Positions 1 through 12,324 of a stretch of DNA of 52,664 nucleotides are shown one piece after another (position 1 is the first letter of the stretch; each line of letters opens with the position of its first letter). The translations under genes and the position numbers were made by a program. The stretch spans positions 1 through 52,664 of the forward strand of contig NZ_MWQY01000025.1 of assembly GCF_002087085.1 (NCBI RefSeq), in the 5' to 3' direction. The notes under the pieces were generated by a model, which was not told the origin of the DNA, did no database searches, and saw nothing but the letters and a program-made list of their open reading frames with translations.

Positions 1-210
1 GATTCGCAAACTGGGGGTCACTTCATATTGTCTACTCTTTTTCCCATATCCTGCGCCGTCAGGAGTTCCGCGCCGGCCTCGGCCCCTGCTGCCGCAGGTG
101 TTTTTTGTGGCTGCACAATCTTTTTCCCTGACGAGGGCGAACAAAATGCACTTTCAGAGGATTTTCTATGCTATTCTCATTTTTTGATTTCTGGTGTAGT
201 ATGAGTAATC

Positions 211-1299
211 ATGTCAGCTATTAACATTAATTCGAATACCCCTGTAGCCGTAGGAATGTCCGGTGGCGTAGACTCCTCGGCCGCGGCTTTCCTCCTGCAG
301 AAGCAGAGCTCCCGGCTCATGGGGGTAAGTCACTATATCTGGCCGGAAGGTGACTGCTGCTCCGCGGAGCTGCTTGCCCGGGCCCGGGATGCCTGCACAC
401 ATCTGGGAATACCCTATATGGTTGAGGATCTCCAGGAGGAGTTCACCGGGGCTGTGGTGCAGGACTTTGTGGATGCCTATCTCGACGGCAAAACTCCAAA
501 CCCCTGTGTGCGCTGCAACCAGCGCATCCGTTTTTCCACCTTCTACCGACGCCTGGAAACGAAGCTTCATGAAACGGGATTCCTGACGGAGGGAGAGAGC
601 CTGAAGATGGCCACCGGTCACTATGTTCGTGTGGAGGAGACCGACGAGGGGCTCTTTCTCCGCCGGGGACTGGACAGAAGGAAGGACCAGAGTTACATGC
701 TCTACCAGATTCCCAGGGACCTCCTCCCCAATTTCGTGTTCCCCCTGGGAGAGATGAAGAAGACCGAGGTCGTGGCTCTGGCAAAGGAGCATGGACTGCC
801 GGCAGCGGCGGCCCGGGAGAGCCAGGACGCCTGCTTTGTCCACGGCCGTTACGGAGACTTCATTGCCGAGTTTACCGGAAGCATGAAAGGAAATGAGCCG
901 GGGGACATCGTGGATACCGCGGGAACGGCCCTGGGGACCCACCGGGGCTATATCAACTATACCATCGGTCAGCGACAGGGGCTGGGGCTTGGAAACGGTC
1001 CCTGGTTTGTTGTGAGAGTCGATCCCCGGGCCAACCGGGTTGTTGTCGGCCGCAGGGAAGAGCTGGGGACCCGGGAATTCAGTATAAGCGGATGTAACTG
1101 GTTTTTCCGAAGAAACCCCGGAAGCTTCGAGGCCAGGGTGAAAATTCGCTACAATTCATCTGCCGTTCCCTGCCGGGTCCGTCTGGAGGATGATTCCCGG
1201 GCACGGGTGAGTCTGTCCCGGTCGGAAGCGGTGACCCCCGGACAGTCAGCGGTCTTTTACCTGGATGAGCTGGTTCTTGGAGGGGGTATTATTGACTGA
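211..1299 (+). CDS. mnmA: tRNA-specific 2-thiouridylase MnmA
   Basis: GMSGGVDSS PP-loop, TPNPCVRCN, ATGHY, KDQSY, ESQDACF, YTIGQRQGLG and TPGQSAVFY motifs. Confidence 0.95.
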   Translation: MSAININSNTPVAVGMSGGVDSSAAAFLLQKQSSRLMGVSHYIWPEGDCCSAELLARARDACTHLGIPYMVEDLQEEFTGAVVQDFVDAYLDGKTPNPCVRCNQRIRFSTFYRRLETKLHETGFLTEGESLKMATGHYVRVEETDEGLFLRRGLDRRKDQSYMLYQIPRDLLPNFVFPLGEMKKTEVVALAKEHGLPAAAARESQDACFVHGRYGDFIAEFTGSMKGNEPGDIVDTAGTALGTHRGYINYTIGQRQGLGLGNGPWFVVRVDPRANRVVVGRREELGTREFSISGCNWFFRRNPGSFEARVKIRYNSSAVPCRVRLEDDSRARVSLSRSEAVTPGQSAVFYLDELVLGGGIID

Positions 1300-2044
1300 G
1301 CTGGACCTGGAGAATCCCTTTTTTTCCGCCCCAGTCTACCATTTAGAGGAAACCGGTTCGACCATGGAGGATGCGGCACGCCTGGCCGCGGAGGGGAAGG
1401 CTTCGGGCTTCGTTGTAACGGCGGATCATCAGATCTCAGGACGCGGGCGAATCGCCGACCGGCGCTGGGAATCCTCCCGGGGCAGGGACCTGCTTTTTAC
1501 CCTGGCCCTGAGACTCAATGATATCCCCTTTGGTCCGACGGCCTTGTCCCTGCGCTGCGGGCTGGGATTGGCCCTCCTGCTGGAAAAACGCTGGGGCCTG
1601 GAGCCGTGGATCAAGTGGCCCAACGATCTGCTCATAAGGGGCGGAAAGATCGCGGGAATCCTCTGCCAGGGACGGGGAGACTGGTTCTTCACGGGGATAG
1701 GTCTGAACCTCGTTTCCCCGACGTCTGCTTCAAAGCTGCGGCGCAGGGCGGCATCAGTTACGGACGAGACCGGCAGGGAAGAAGAGCCTTCTGTTGTGCT
1801 TTCCGCGCTTCTTCCTGCGCTGAAGGAGGCACTGTCTGCCCGGGACTGGCAGGAACAGATTAACCGCAGGCTCTTCGGGGCTGGTTCTCAGGTTACCGTC
1901 TATCCCGGAGCTGCCGGGAGCGGAGAGAGCTATCGCGCCCGGATTCTGGGTGCGGCCCCGGATGGCGGTCTCATCCTTCTGGACGGTGACGGCCGCCGTG
2001 TTACCCTTATTACCGGAGAGATCGATTTCCAGGACCTATCCTGA
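1292..2044 (+). CDS. birA: Biotin--[acetyl-CoA-carboxylase] ligase (no N-terminal HTH)
   Basis: ETGST, QISGRGR, KWPND, KIAGIL and GIGLN motifs. TTG at 1292 follows GGAGG and overlaps the mnmA end; the ORF track starts at 1265. Confidence 0.88.
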   Translation: MTELDLENPFFSAPVYHLEETGSTMEDAARLAAEGKASGFVVTADHQISGRGRIADRRWESSRGRDLLFTLALRLNDIPFGPTALSLRCGLGLALLLEKRWGLEPWIKWPNDLLIRGGKIAGILCQGRGDWFFTGIGLNLVSPTSASKLRRRAASVTDETGREEEPSVVLSALLPALKEALSARDWQEQINRRLFGAGSQVTVYPGAAGSGESYRARILGAAPDGGLILLDGDGRRVTLITGEIDFQDLS

Positions 2045-3664
2045 GTGCACTTCCTCCTGCCGCGTTTCCCTGCAGATCTGATGGCTCTCCAGGTGGGGCA
2101 ACAGGGGAGCCAGGGAGTGTAACGGCGGGTTTTCCGGAGAGAGGGGGTCGAGGCTCAGTACGATGCTGAAGCGTTCCCCCAGTCCTTCAACCTTTTCACC
2201 TGGAAAACCCAGATAACTTCCCCCGGGATTAATGCAGAGCTCCCCGTCGCTGACCTTGAAGGGAAGCTCCCTTACCTTTGCCTGATGATCCGCGAATACG
2301 AGACTCAAGGCTGTGGTCTCATCTTTGAAGGAGAAGGTCGTACCGTGAAGCAGTCCCGCCGATACCGAATCCAGAGGTACCGGAGATGCTCCCTCGTCGG
2401 GATAACGGACCTCCACCACGGGATATCCCCGGGCAGACCGGAAGGGTATTTCGCATACTCCGTAGGAGCGGATCTCTACCCCCGGCCTGCATCGGGGAAA
2501 GAACAGGAAAAAGGAGATACAGAGCCGGGGATCTCCGGCGGCGAAGAAATAATCCCGCACAAGCCGCCCCGGTTCAAGGAATTCCTCGGATTCAAAAACG
2601 GAGCTGTCCCGAAGACCCCGGATGCTGCTGTTCTGAAACGAGAAGGAGCCGATTCTTCGGGAGCGTACAAGATTTCCGGAGGTCTCAATCCATGAGGCTG
2701 AAGGAGCATGAATAAGCCCGGCTGTTCCACCCCTGGAGAATCCCGCCAGTTCTCCCTGACTGAAAGAAGCGGCAACATCCTCTTCATCCATCTCGACCTC
2801 TCCCGGCATGTGGGCAATCAGTCCTCGTTCGGGAACCGGGAGGGATCCGCACTCCCGCTTCTCTTCGTCGTTATCTGTCTCAAAGGCTCTTGACAGCAGG
2901 AGAAACCGGGTCTCCTTCGGTTTGTCCCAGGCTATCTCCCGACGGCTGCGGCTGAGGGGATCAGCCGGCAGGGGCGGATTTGGCGATTTGGAAAGGAGGA
3001 TTTCCTCAGGGGCTGCCGCTGACTCCCGGGTACTGCCGGCCATGTCAAGGAGATCCTCCAGCTCCAGTACATCACAGCGGAATTTTCTGCGCAGCCGTAC
3101 CAGCAGAGAGACCGCCGCCTCCGCATCTTTCGTTGAGCCGGCGTCGAGTACTATGATGGCCGGGATCCTCTCCGTCTGTACCAGGCGTTTGACCTGTTTC
3201 ATGCGCCGTTTCAGAGAGGGATACTCCTCAGTGCCGACCATATGCAGCAGGGGAAACCGAATCGTCCGCCGGGAATCGAAATAAAGCAGCCTGTTCCGGT
3301 CTTCAAGGAAAAGCCGTCCCCGTTTCAGGTAAATGCTTCTCAGGTCTTTGCGAAAAGGAGCGGGACAGGGGGGAAAAAGGTACTCAAGAAGAGCATCGTT
3401 CTGCCTGCTCCGGGGCAGCAGAAGCTCCTCTTCGATTTCATCCCTCCGTAACAGAGCATGGGGCAGGGCGTATTTTCCCTGGGAAATCAGGTTTCTCTCT
3501 TCTGAGCCGGGAACATGAATGTTTCGCGGAAGGCTCCAGAAAAACAGAAAACCCTCCCGGGCGAGTCTTTTCTGCAGATACTCAATTACCTCCCTGTCGG
3601 CGTTCTGACAGGAATGGGATGGACGGATACAGATCCCGCAGGTAAAGGGAAACCTATTTTTCAC
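2036..3664 (-). CDS. Hypothetical protein (542 aa)
   Basis: Long ORF filling the gap between birA and groEL; no family motif recognised. Confidence 0.6.
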   Translation of the reverse strand: MKNRFPFTCGICIRPSHSCQNADREVIEYLQKRLAREGFLFFWSLPRNIHVPGSEERNLISQGKYALPHALLRRDEIEEELLLPRSRQNDALLEYLFPPCPAPFRKDLRSIYLKRGRLFLEDRNRLLYFDSRRTIRFPLLHMVGTEEYPSLKRRMKQVKRLVQTERIPAIIVLDAGSTKDAEAAVSLLVRLRRKFRCDVLELEDLLDMAGSTRESAAAPEEILLSKSPNPPLPADPLSRSRREIAWDKPKETRFLLLSRAFETDNDEEKRECGSLPVPERGLIAHMPGEVEMDEEDVAASFSQGELAGFSRGGTAGLIHAPSASWIETSGNLVRSRRIGSFSFQNSSIRGLRDSSVFESEEFLEPGRLVRDYFFAAGDPRLCISFFLFFPRCRPGVEIRSYGVCEIPFRSARGYPVVEVRYPDEGASPVPLDSVSAGLLHGTTFSFKDETTALSLVFADHQAKVRELPFKVSDGELCINPGGSYLGFPGEKVEGLGERFSIVLSLDPLSPENPPLHSLAPLLPHLESHQICRETRQEEVHSG

Positions 3665-3745
3665 CCCTTTATTCGGCCCGAAAGGGCAAAATAAGTCAAG
3701 GGATGGGGAAAAAATGGTTCAAAATCTCCAGCTATTGGTTGATGA

Positions 3746-5482
<1,737 letters not shown>

Positions 5483-5512
5483 GCCCCCGGCTCTCTTTTG
5501 CTGTCTATCTTC

Positions 5513-5543
5513 GGCGGTCCTCTTGGCGGGGACCGCCTTTTTT
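5513..5543 (+). terminator. Rho-independent terminator after groEL
   Basis: GGCGGTCC...GGACCGCC stem followed by a T run. Confidence 0.8.
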
Positions 5544-5573
5544 ATTTACACTGAGCGGGACGGAGGTTCTGCA

Positions 5574-5870
5574 ATGAAACAGCAGGAGTACATGTTCACC
5601 ATCGGTTTTTCCGGTAACACCGCAATTGTCGACGGCGCGGCAATGAAGAAGTACGGAAAAATGGGGATTGATGAACTTGTCGACCGGGGACTTTTCAAAC
5701 CGGCTCTGGCGGCGGCCTTTTTCGCCGGAGATACCGAGGCCCTGAACAGGGTGCGCGACGCCTACAACAACACGGCAGGCACTGATTTTGAGGGGTATGA
5801 GCAGATTATGCGGGTCTTCGGTCTCGATCCCGCCCCGGAAAACCTGGAAAAAGTGAAAGTTCTTTCCTGA
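5574..5870 (+). CDS. Hypothetical protein (98 aa)
   Basis: ATG at 5574 after GGAGG; protein-like composition (MKQQEYMFTIGFSGN...). Confidence 0.7.
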   Translation: MKQQEYMFTIGFSGNTAIVDGAAMKKYGKMGIDELVDRGLFKPALAAAFFAGDTEALNRVRDAYNNTAGTDFEGYEQIMRVFGLDPAPENLEKVKVLS

Positions 5871-5965
5871 GAGAGCCTGACCTGCGCGGAAGGCCCCCGA
5901 ATCTTTAAGCTTGACCGCGTTTACCTATATGTGTTACGTTTTTGCAATCCCATGGATAGAGGTAA

Positions 5966-6304
5966 GTGATTATAATGACTACGCTTTCTGCATTATTACC
6001 GATCGCCCAGGCGGGCGGTTCCGGTCAGTTGATGACGACCTTCGTAACCTTCGGTCTCGTCATCCTGATCTTTTATTTTCTCATTATCCGGCCCCAGAAC
6101 AAACGCCAGAAAGAGGCGAAAAAGATGCTCGATGCCCTGAAGAAGGGTGATCGTGTCGCCAGTATCGGCGGAGTTCGCGGGGTTGTGCAGTCCGTTAAAG
6201 AGGACACCGTGATTGTTAAGGTAGATGACGCGACCAAGCTTGAGTTTTCCAAGAACGCGATAGCTTCCGTGTTGGCCCCCAGGGAGGAAAAGGTCGAGGA
6301 CTAG
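5966..6304 (+). CDS. yajC: Preprotein translocase subunit YajC
   Basis: FYFLIIRPQNKRQKE...LKKGDRV..GG motif; lies upstream of secD. Confidence 0.93.
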   Translation: MIIMTTLSALLPIAQAGGSGQLMTTFVTFGLVILIFYFLIIRPQNKRQKEAKKMLDALKKGDRVASIGGVRGVVQSVKEDTVIVKVDDATKLEFSKNAIASVLAPREEKVED

Positions 6305-6381
6305 GGAAGCAATCCGTACGCGGATTCCCGCTTTTAATTTTTCTTTTCCAAGCAAATAAATTATTCCATCCGGAGTAGAAC

Positions 6382-8106
6382 ATGAGTAAACGATTCCGAT
6401 TCTTCATCGTGCTCCTGGTGCTGGCGATATCGGGAGCCTTTCTGTACCCCACCTTTGAGTGGTACTTCCTGATACCCGATCAGAAGATCGACCTCGCCTC
6501 CGGTTCCCGCGAGCAGGTCCAGATGTACGCCAAAACCAAAGCTGCGGAGGTTTCCGCCGAGCTCAGGGCCATGGTTGCCCAGAGCCCCGACAAGGAAATC
6601 CCCGCGGAGTACGACTTTTTGATCACCAAGGCAAAGGAGAACTATAAGCTTGCCAAAAAAGAACTGCCCAAGGTCTGGACCGTAGAGGCGGTTTTTGCCG
6701 GTTTTACCGGTGAAGGTGAGTTCTTTGCCGCTGTTGAGGACTATTACCGCAGCGATCTTCTCGCTGTAAAGGAACAGGGCAATTCAATCATGCAGCTCGG
6801 ACTTGATCTGTCCGGAGGTATGCGGGTTCAGCTCAGCGCGGACCGGGAGAGCCTTGCCGAACGGCTGGAGCGGGAACCGAGTACCACGGACATGAACGAG
6901 GCCGTTGACCGCGCCATGGAGATCCTTACCAACCGTATCGACAAGTTCGGCGTAACCGAACCATCGATCCGCAAGCAGGGAGACTCCCAGATAATCATAG
7001 AGATTCCCGGAGCCGCCGACCCCGACAGGGTGCGATCCTTTCTAATGGGCAAGGGAAGCCTGAACTTCCATATTGTCGATCAGGAAATCAGCCAGGAGGT
7101 TCAGAACTTCCTGAACGATAATCCCCAGGCCATGGTAACCAGTGAAGGAAAGATCCGGGGTACCGATATCGTTCCCGCCGGTTATATTATCCGGGGGTAT
7201 TACGTAAAGGACAGCTACGGTATCGACCAGCTGCAGCGTTACGTTGTCATCCGCCAGGATGCCGGGCTCGACGGCGGCCGTATACAGGAAGCCACCGTCG
7301 GATCCCACCCCATTACCGGCAAGCCGGTTATCAACTTCCGCCTTGATCGCGAGGGGGGCGACATCTTCTTCAAACTTACCTCTGAAAACGAAGGAGAAAC
7401 CCTGGCTATCGTTCTGGACGACAAGGTAAAGGCCATGGCCCGTATTTCCGAGCCCATCCGCGAGAGCGTGCAGATGACCGGTTTCGACCGGCAGGAAGCC
7501 AATGATCTCGCCCTGGTACTGCGGACCGCTGCCATGCCGGTGGATCTGATTGTTGAGAACCAGCAGGCCATCGGCGCCGCCCTGGGAGAAGACTCCATCG
7601 CCGAGGGACTGATGGCCATAACCATCGGTTTCATTGCGGTTATCGTCTTTATGCTGGTCTATTACAAGGGTGCCGGACTTGTCTCTGACCTCGCCCTTGT
7701 TCTGAACCTCATTTTCATCGTAGCCATTCTTTCGGCTTTCAATCTTACCCTTACCCTGACCAGTATTGCCGGTCTGATCCTTACCGTGGGTATGGCGGTG
7801 GACGCGAACGTTATCATCTTTGAAAGAATAAAAGAGGAATACCGCATTGGTAAGAGTGCCGATGCTGCGGTGAAAGCCGGCTTCCGGAAAGCTTTCTGGA
7901 CGGTAATGGATGCGAATATCACAACCTTTATCGCGGCAATCTTCCTGTCCCAGCTCGGGTCCGGTCCTATTCAGGGTTTTGCCTACACCCTTGCGGTTGG
8001 TATTGTATCGTCCATGTTTACAGCTCTCTTTGTTTCCCGTCTTGTCTTCGATTTCGGACTTGAGACCCTGGGTATGAAAAAGCTGAGCATCGGGTGGAGG
8101 AAATAA
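6382..8106 (+). CDS. secD: Protein translocase subunit SecD
   Basis: LGLDLSGG, RIDKFGVTEP, GMAVDANVIIFERIKEE and DANITT motifs. Confidence 0.96.
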   Translation: MSKRFRFFIVLLVLAISGAFLYPTFEWYFLIPDQKIDLASGSREQVQMYAKTKAAEVSAELRAMVAQSPDKEIPAEYDFLITKAKENYKLAKKELPKVWTVEAVFAGFTGEGEFFAAVEDYYRSDLLAVKEQGNSIMQLGLDLSGGMRVQLSADRESLAERLEREPSTTDMNEAVDRAMEILTNRIDKFGVTEPSIRKQGDSQIIIEIPGAADPDRVRSFLMGKGSLNFHIVDQEISQEVQNFLNDNPQAMVTSEGKIRGTDIVPAGYIIRGYYVKDSYGIDQLQRYVVIRQDAGLDGGRIQEATVGSHPITGKPVINFRLDREGGDIFFKLTSENEGETLAIVLDDKVKAMARISEPIRESVQMTGFDRQEANDLALVLRTAAMPVDLIVENQQAIGAALGEDSIAEGLMAITIGFIAVIVFMLVYYKGAGLVSDLALVLNLIFIVAILSAFNLTLTLTSIAGLILTVGMAVDANVIIFERIKEEYRIGKSADAAVKAGFRKAFWTVMDANITTFIAAIFLSQLGSGPIQGFAYTLAVGIVSSMFTALFVSRLVFDFGLETLGMKKLSIGWRK

Positions 8107-9431
8107 TGAAGCGCGTAATACAATTCACAAAATTCCGATATCTTATGATCCTTTCTCTGCTGATCATTATCGCCGGTATTGCAGGTACTGTTGTCCAGGG
8201 AGGATTCAACCTGGGTATCGACTTCAACGCCGGCTTGAACCAGCGCGTGCAGATTGCCCCCGTGGCCATGAAGGTCAGCTACAGTGGAGAGGATTCGGTT
8301 CTGTTCAATGTTACCTCCTCGGGACTCATCCTTGAGATTCGTGATGCCGATGGCCTCGATCGGACGGAGATCTCCTATGGTGATTATCCTGTACTGAGGG
8401 CGGTCGCGGCGGCGCTGAACGGCGTAGAGGGTGTCCAGGCGGAGCTGATGGTTTCCGGCCAGATATCTTCCAGCGACCTCTTGAGTCTCAACTTCGCCAT
8501 CGATCTTTCCCAGGAAAGCGCCGTTGTCAACATGCTTCCCGCCGGGGATGAGTCGAGTATCGAGGAAATCCGGTCCCTTCTGGACGGAATCGGTTCTACC
8601 ATGATTCAGATCGTTGGTAGTCCTCAGGACCAGGAGTACCTGATCCGGGTCAAGGATCCCGGCAATACAGATAACTTCAGCGAAACAATGGCCTCGGAAA
8701 TCCGCAGCCGTCTGTCGTCCGAATACGGAGCGGAACAGGTCATAGTCAAGCAGACCGACTACGTGGGTCCCAGGTTCTCCCAGGACCTTGGCCGGCAGTC
8801 CTTTACCCTGACTCTGATCGCCCTGACCCTTATCCTTGTGTACATCTGGTTCAGGTTCCAGCTGGCCTATGCGGTTTCAGCAATTGTGGCCCTGATCCAT
8901 GACGTGGCCTTTATGCTGGGTATTATCGGTACCTTTCAGCTGGAAGTCTCCACCGCGACAATTGCGGCAGTGCTTACCATCATAGGATACTCCCTGAACG
9001 ATACCATCGTTATCTTCGATCGTATCCGTGAAAACCGGGACCTGATGAAGGACTCCCGTCTGCCCGAGGTTATCAATACCAGTATTACCCAGTCCCTCAG
9101 CCGGACGCTGATTACCTCCATTACAACCCTGCTGGCGGTCCTGGCCATCTACATCTTTGCTACCGGTTCAATCAAGCTCTTCGCACTGAACCTGATTATC
9201 GGAATCCTGGTGGGTACCTATTCATCCATCTTTATCGCCTCTCCCGTACTTCTGACCTGGTCCTCCGTGGCCAATAAACGTCGTCAGAGCAGGGACGAAG
9301 CAAAGTATGGAAGTACCAGGAAAGAAGCCCTTCCCAAGGAAGCCTCACCGGAGCAGAAGGCTCAAACTCCCCAGACCGCTATTCCCACGGTGGAACGTAA
9401 AAAACGGGGCGGAAAACGCAAGAAAAAGTAG
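8106..9431 (+). CDS. secF: Protein translocase subunit SecF
   Basis: NLGIDF, VGPRF, IHD, GYSLNDTIVIFDRIRE and GTYSSIFIA motifs. ATG overlaps the secD stop (TAATG). Confidence 0.95.
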   Translation: MKRVIQFTKFRYLMILSLLIIIAGIAGTVVQGGFNLGIDFNAGLNQRVQIAPVAMKVSYSGEDSVLFNVTSSGLILEIRDADGLDRTEISYGDYPVLRAVAAALNGVEGVQAELMVSGQISSSDLLSLNFAIDLSQESAVVNMLPAGDESSIEEIRSLLDGIGSTMIQIVGSPQDQEYLIRVKDPGNTDNFSETMASEIRSRLSSEYGAEQVIVKQTDYVGPRFSQDLGRQSFTLTLIALTLILVYIWFRFQLAYAVSAIVALIHDVAFMLGIIGTFQLEVSTATIAAVLTIIGYSLNDTIVIFDRIRENRDLMKDSRLPEVINTSITQSLSRTLITSITTLLAVLAIYIFATGSIKLFALNLIIGILVGTYSSIFIASPVLLTWSSVANKRRQSRDEAKYGSTRKEALPKEASPEQKAQTPQTAIPTVERKKRGGKRKKK

Positions 9432-9455
9432 AATTGATTCCTTTGATTCAAATAC

Positions 9456-9483
9456 GGGGTCCTGGAAACGGGACCCCTTTTTT
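9456..9483 (+). terminator. Rho-independent terminator after secF
   Basis: GGGGTCC...GGACCCC stem followed by TTTTTT. Confidence 0.8.
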
Positions 9484-9498
9484 CGTACCTTTACATGC

Positions 9499-10758
9499 AT
9501 GGAACCTGTGGAGTTGACAATATATGTGGGAATCGGAGAAATTGAGCGGGACAGCTGGAACAGCCTTGCCCTGGGATCACGGACACCTTTTTATGAGTGG
9601 GAATGGCTGGCACTGCTCGAACAATCCGGCTCCATAGACAGCTCCTCCGGCTGGCAGCCTCTGCATATAAGTTTCAACCGCAATGGGATTCCGGTGGGTA
9701 TTATGCCCCTGTACCTGAAATCCCACAGCCACGGTGAGTTCGTGTTCGACTACGGCTGGGCGGATCTGGCCGGACAGCTGAATATTCCCTATTATCCGAA
9801 ACTGGTGGGAACAGCCCCTGCGACTCCTTCCGGCTATTACCGTCTTTTCTGTTCCGACCCCGGCGAGCTGGATACGCTCCTGTCCCGGGGGCTCTCCACC
9901 CTGGAGGATATAAGCAGGGATAATCAGATACGGGGACTCAATTTTCTCTTCTGTGACCCGGTTTTTGCCCGGGGATTGAAGGAATTTCATCAATGGGAGA
10001 ACCAGAGTTACCTGTGGATAAATCGGGATTACTCGGATTTCCAGGACTTTCTGTCGGAACTGTCAAAAAATCACAGAAGGAACATACGCCGTGAATGGAA
10101 CAGTCTCTCAGATCAAGGACTAGAAATCACAGCTGTAAGCGGCGCTGATTTAAGCGAAGGGATCATGGAACGGATGTACCGTTTCTATCTCCGGACCAAC
10201 GCGCGCTTTGGTCCCTGGGCTGCAAAGTATCTGAACCGGGAGTTCTTTCTGCGCCTGCCCGAGTTCGTTGACCACCGGGTGGTAATCTTCTCAGCCCATC
10301 CCCGCAATGCCAAACCGGAAGAGGCCCTTGGCATGTCCCTCTGTGTGTACAAGGGGGACTGGCTCTTCGGACGTTACTGGGGCGGGGATCCGGGCACCAA
10401 GAACCTGCATTTCAATACCTGCTATTATGCCCCCATGCAGTGGATGATTGAGCGGGGTATGCGTTACTTCGATCCCGGCGCAGGTTCGCCTCATAAGCTT
10501 CACCGGGGATTTATGCCCCATCCCGTGGTCAGCTGCCATCGATTTTTTGACCCCCTGCTTTCAGAAATCTTCAGAGAGAACATTCCGGCCATCAACAGGG
10601 AGAACCGCCGGATGATCCGCAGCATGGAGGAGTCCGTTCCCTTCTCTGAAAAACTCAAGTCGGAACTGCGAACAGAGATCCGACAGCTCTTCAGTCTCTC
10701 CGAGGATGAGACCTGGGGGAATCCTGAAGAGGCGTCCCGGTCTGAGGGCTTGTATTGA
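9499..10758 (+). CDS. GNAT-fold protein, DUF482/FemAB-like family
   Basis: GWQPLH, YLKSHSHGEFVFDYGWAD, YYPKL, GRYWG, LHFNTCYY and HKLHRGF motifs. Start placed at ATG 9499, downstream of the terminator. Confidence 0.85.
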   Translation: MEPVELTIYVGIGEIERDSWNSLALGSRTPFYEWEWLALLEQSGSIDSSSGWQPLHISFNRNGIPVGIMPLYLKSHSHGEFVFDYGWADLAGQLNIPYYPKLVGTAPATPSGYYRLFCSDPGELDTLLSRGLSTLEDISRDNQIRGLNFLFCDPVFARGLKEFHQWENQSYLWINRDYSDFQDFLSELSKNHRRNIRREWNSLSDQGLEITAVSGADLSEGIMERMYRFYLRTNARFGPWAAKYLNREFFLRLPEFVDHRVVIFSAHPRNAKPEEALGMSLCVYKGDWLFGRYWGGDPGTKNLHFNTCYYAPMQWMIERGMRYFDPGAGSPHKLHRGFMPHPVVSCHRFFDPLLSEIFRENIPAINRENRRMIRSMEESVPFSEKLKSELRTEIRQLFSLSEDETWGNPEEASRSEGLY

Positions 10759-10789
10759 GCTTGTCCCGCCATATTGGTAGGATATCGGC

Positions 10790-11206
10790 ATGGAACACAG
10801 ATGTACCCTGAGCGTGCGATCCTACGAGCTTGACAACTACGGACATGTGAATAATGCCGTATACCTGAACTATCTTGAGTATGCCCGGCACCAGTTTCTG
10901 AACGACACGGGATTTCCCTATGAAAATCTGCGCAGGGAAGGCTTCGGCCTGTATGTAGCCCGTGTGGATATCCGCTATATCAAACCCGCCTTTCTGGAAG
11001 ACCAGCTGGTTATTGTTTCAGAGTTGACCGGCATGGGAAGGGTCAAGGGAAGTGTCCGACAGATGATCCTGCGGGGGGATGAGCTGATTGCCGAGGCCCG
11101 TGTCGATTTTGCCACCGTCAACGGAAGCGGCCGTCCCGCCTCGATGCCCGAAGAGGCCAGGAAGGCGTGGACCGCGGCGGAAGCCTTGAAATCCTCCGAA
11201 AGATGA
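10790..11206 (+). CDS. Acyl-CoA thioesterase (4HBT/YbgC-like hotdog fold)
   Basis: VRSYELDNYGHVNNAVYLNYLEYAR motif. Confidence 0.9.
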   Translation: MEHRCTLSVRSYELDNYGHVNNAVYLNYLEYARHQFLNDTGFPYENLRREGFGLYVARVDIRYIKPAFLEDQLVIVSELTGMGRVKGSVRQMILRGDELIAEARVDFATVNGSGRPASMPEEARKAWTAAEALKSSER

Positions 11207-12324
11207 CCCTGGACCCCCTTTCGTTTTCCTTTTCCGGACTCACAGATGAGTTCCGGAGGCGCTATGGAAAAGGGGAGTACTATGCGGATCCCTTTTTTCG
11301 TTCTCTGTATCAGAGAGGCTCTACCGGTCTAAGCGGGCTTCCTCAGTTTTTCTCCAGGCCGGAGCTTGCCAGGCAGATCAGGAATGATTTTACCCTGCGT
11401 CTGCCGGAAATAAAGACTGTTCTCAGGGATGAGACGAGCATCAAGCTTCTCCTGCAGTATCCTGACGGGGCCCGCATCGAAACGGTGGTGCTCTTCATGA
11501 GCACGTATGCTTCCCTGTGTGTTTCAACCCAGGTTGGCTGCGCCCGGGGCTGCAGCTTCTGCGAGACAGGACGCCTTGGTTTCAAGCGGAACCTGACGGC
11601 GGGAGAGATCGTCGCCCAGCAGATGCTTGTTCAATTCTACCTGGGGATACGGGTAAGCAATATTGTTTTTATGGGAATGGGGGAGCCCTTCGATAATTAT
11701 GACCAGCTCCTCATATCGATAGATGTTCTGAAGGATCAGCGTGGCAGTAACATAACGGCTTCGGGTATGACTATTTCCACCGCCGGTCATGTTCCCGGAA
11801 TCCGCCGCCTTGCCCGGCTGATTCGGGAGGAACCGGAACGGGGAATCCGCAGGCTCTCCCTTGCAGTAAGTCTTCACAGCGTCGATAACCGACAGAGGAG
11901 CGCAATAATGCCGATAAACCGGGTCTGGCCCCTGGAGGAGCTGCGTTCGGCCCTGCTGGAATTTCCCCTGTCCAGGAAGCGGGATCGTATTTTCATCGAG
12001 TACACCCTTATTCCCGGTTTCAATGATCATCCGGAAGCGGTACGGGGATTAATTGACTATCTTGAGGGCATTCCAAGCTGTGTTAATATTATTCCCTGTA
12101 ATCCCGTTTCCAGCGGCGGTTTTCCGCGACCGGGCCGGGATCAGGTGGAAAAATTCTTCAAAGCCCTGGTTGCGGGTGGGCAGTACTGCAGGGTGCGGGA
12201 TACCAGGGGCGACTCCATCAGAGCAGCCTGCGGCCAGCTGGGAGAGCTCGCCGGCCACGGGCATAAAAACGTAAGCAACCCCGGGGCAGGCGGCACCGGG
12301 GAGCCTTTGTCTCTTTCTGTCTAG
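11203..12324 (+). CDS. rlmN: RlmN-family radical SAM RNA methyltransferase
   Basis: CVSTQVGCARGCSFC, VFMGMGEP, SLH, EY and AACGQL motifs. ATG overlaps the thioesterase stop (ATGA). Confidence 0.85.
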   Translation: MTLDPLSFSFSGLTDEFRRRYGKGEYYADPFFRSLYQRGSTGLSGLPQFFSRPELARQIRNDFTLRLPEIKTVLRDETSIKLLLQYPDGARIETVVLFMSTYASLCVSTQVGCARGCSFCETGRLGFKRNLTAGEIVAQQMLVQFYLGIRVSNIVFMGMGEPFDNYDQLLISIDVLKDQRGSNITASGMTISTAGHVPGIRRLARLIREEPERGIRRLSLAVSLHSVDNRQRSAIMPINRVWPLEELRSALLEFPLSRKRDRIFIEYTLIPGFNDHPEAVRGLIDYLEGIPSCVNIIPCNPVSSGGFPRPGRDQVEKFFKALVAGGQYCRVRDTRGDSIRAACGQLGELAGHGHKNVSNPGAGGTGEPLSLSV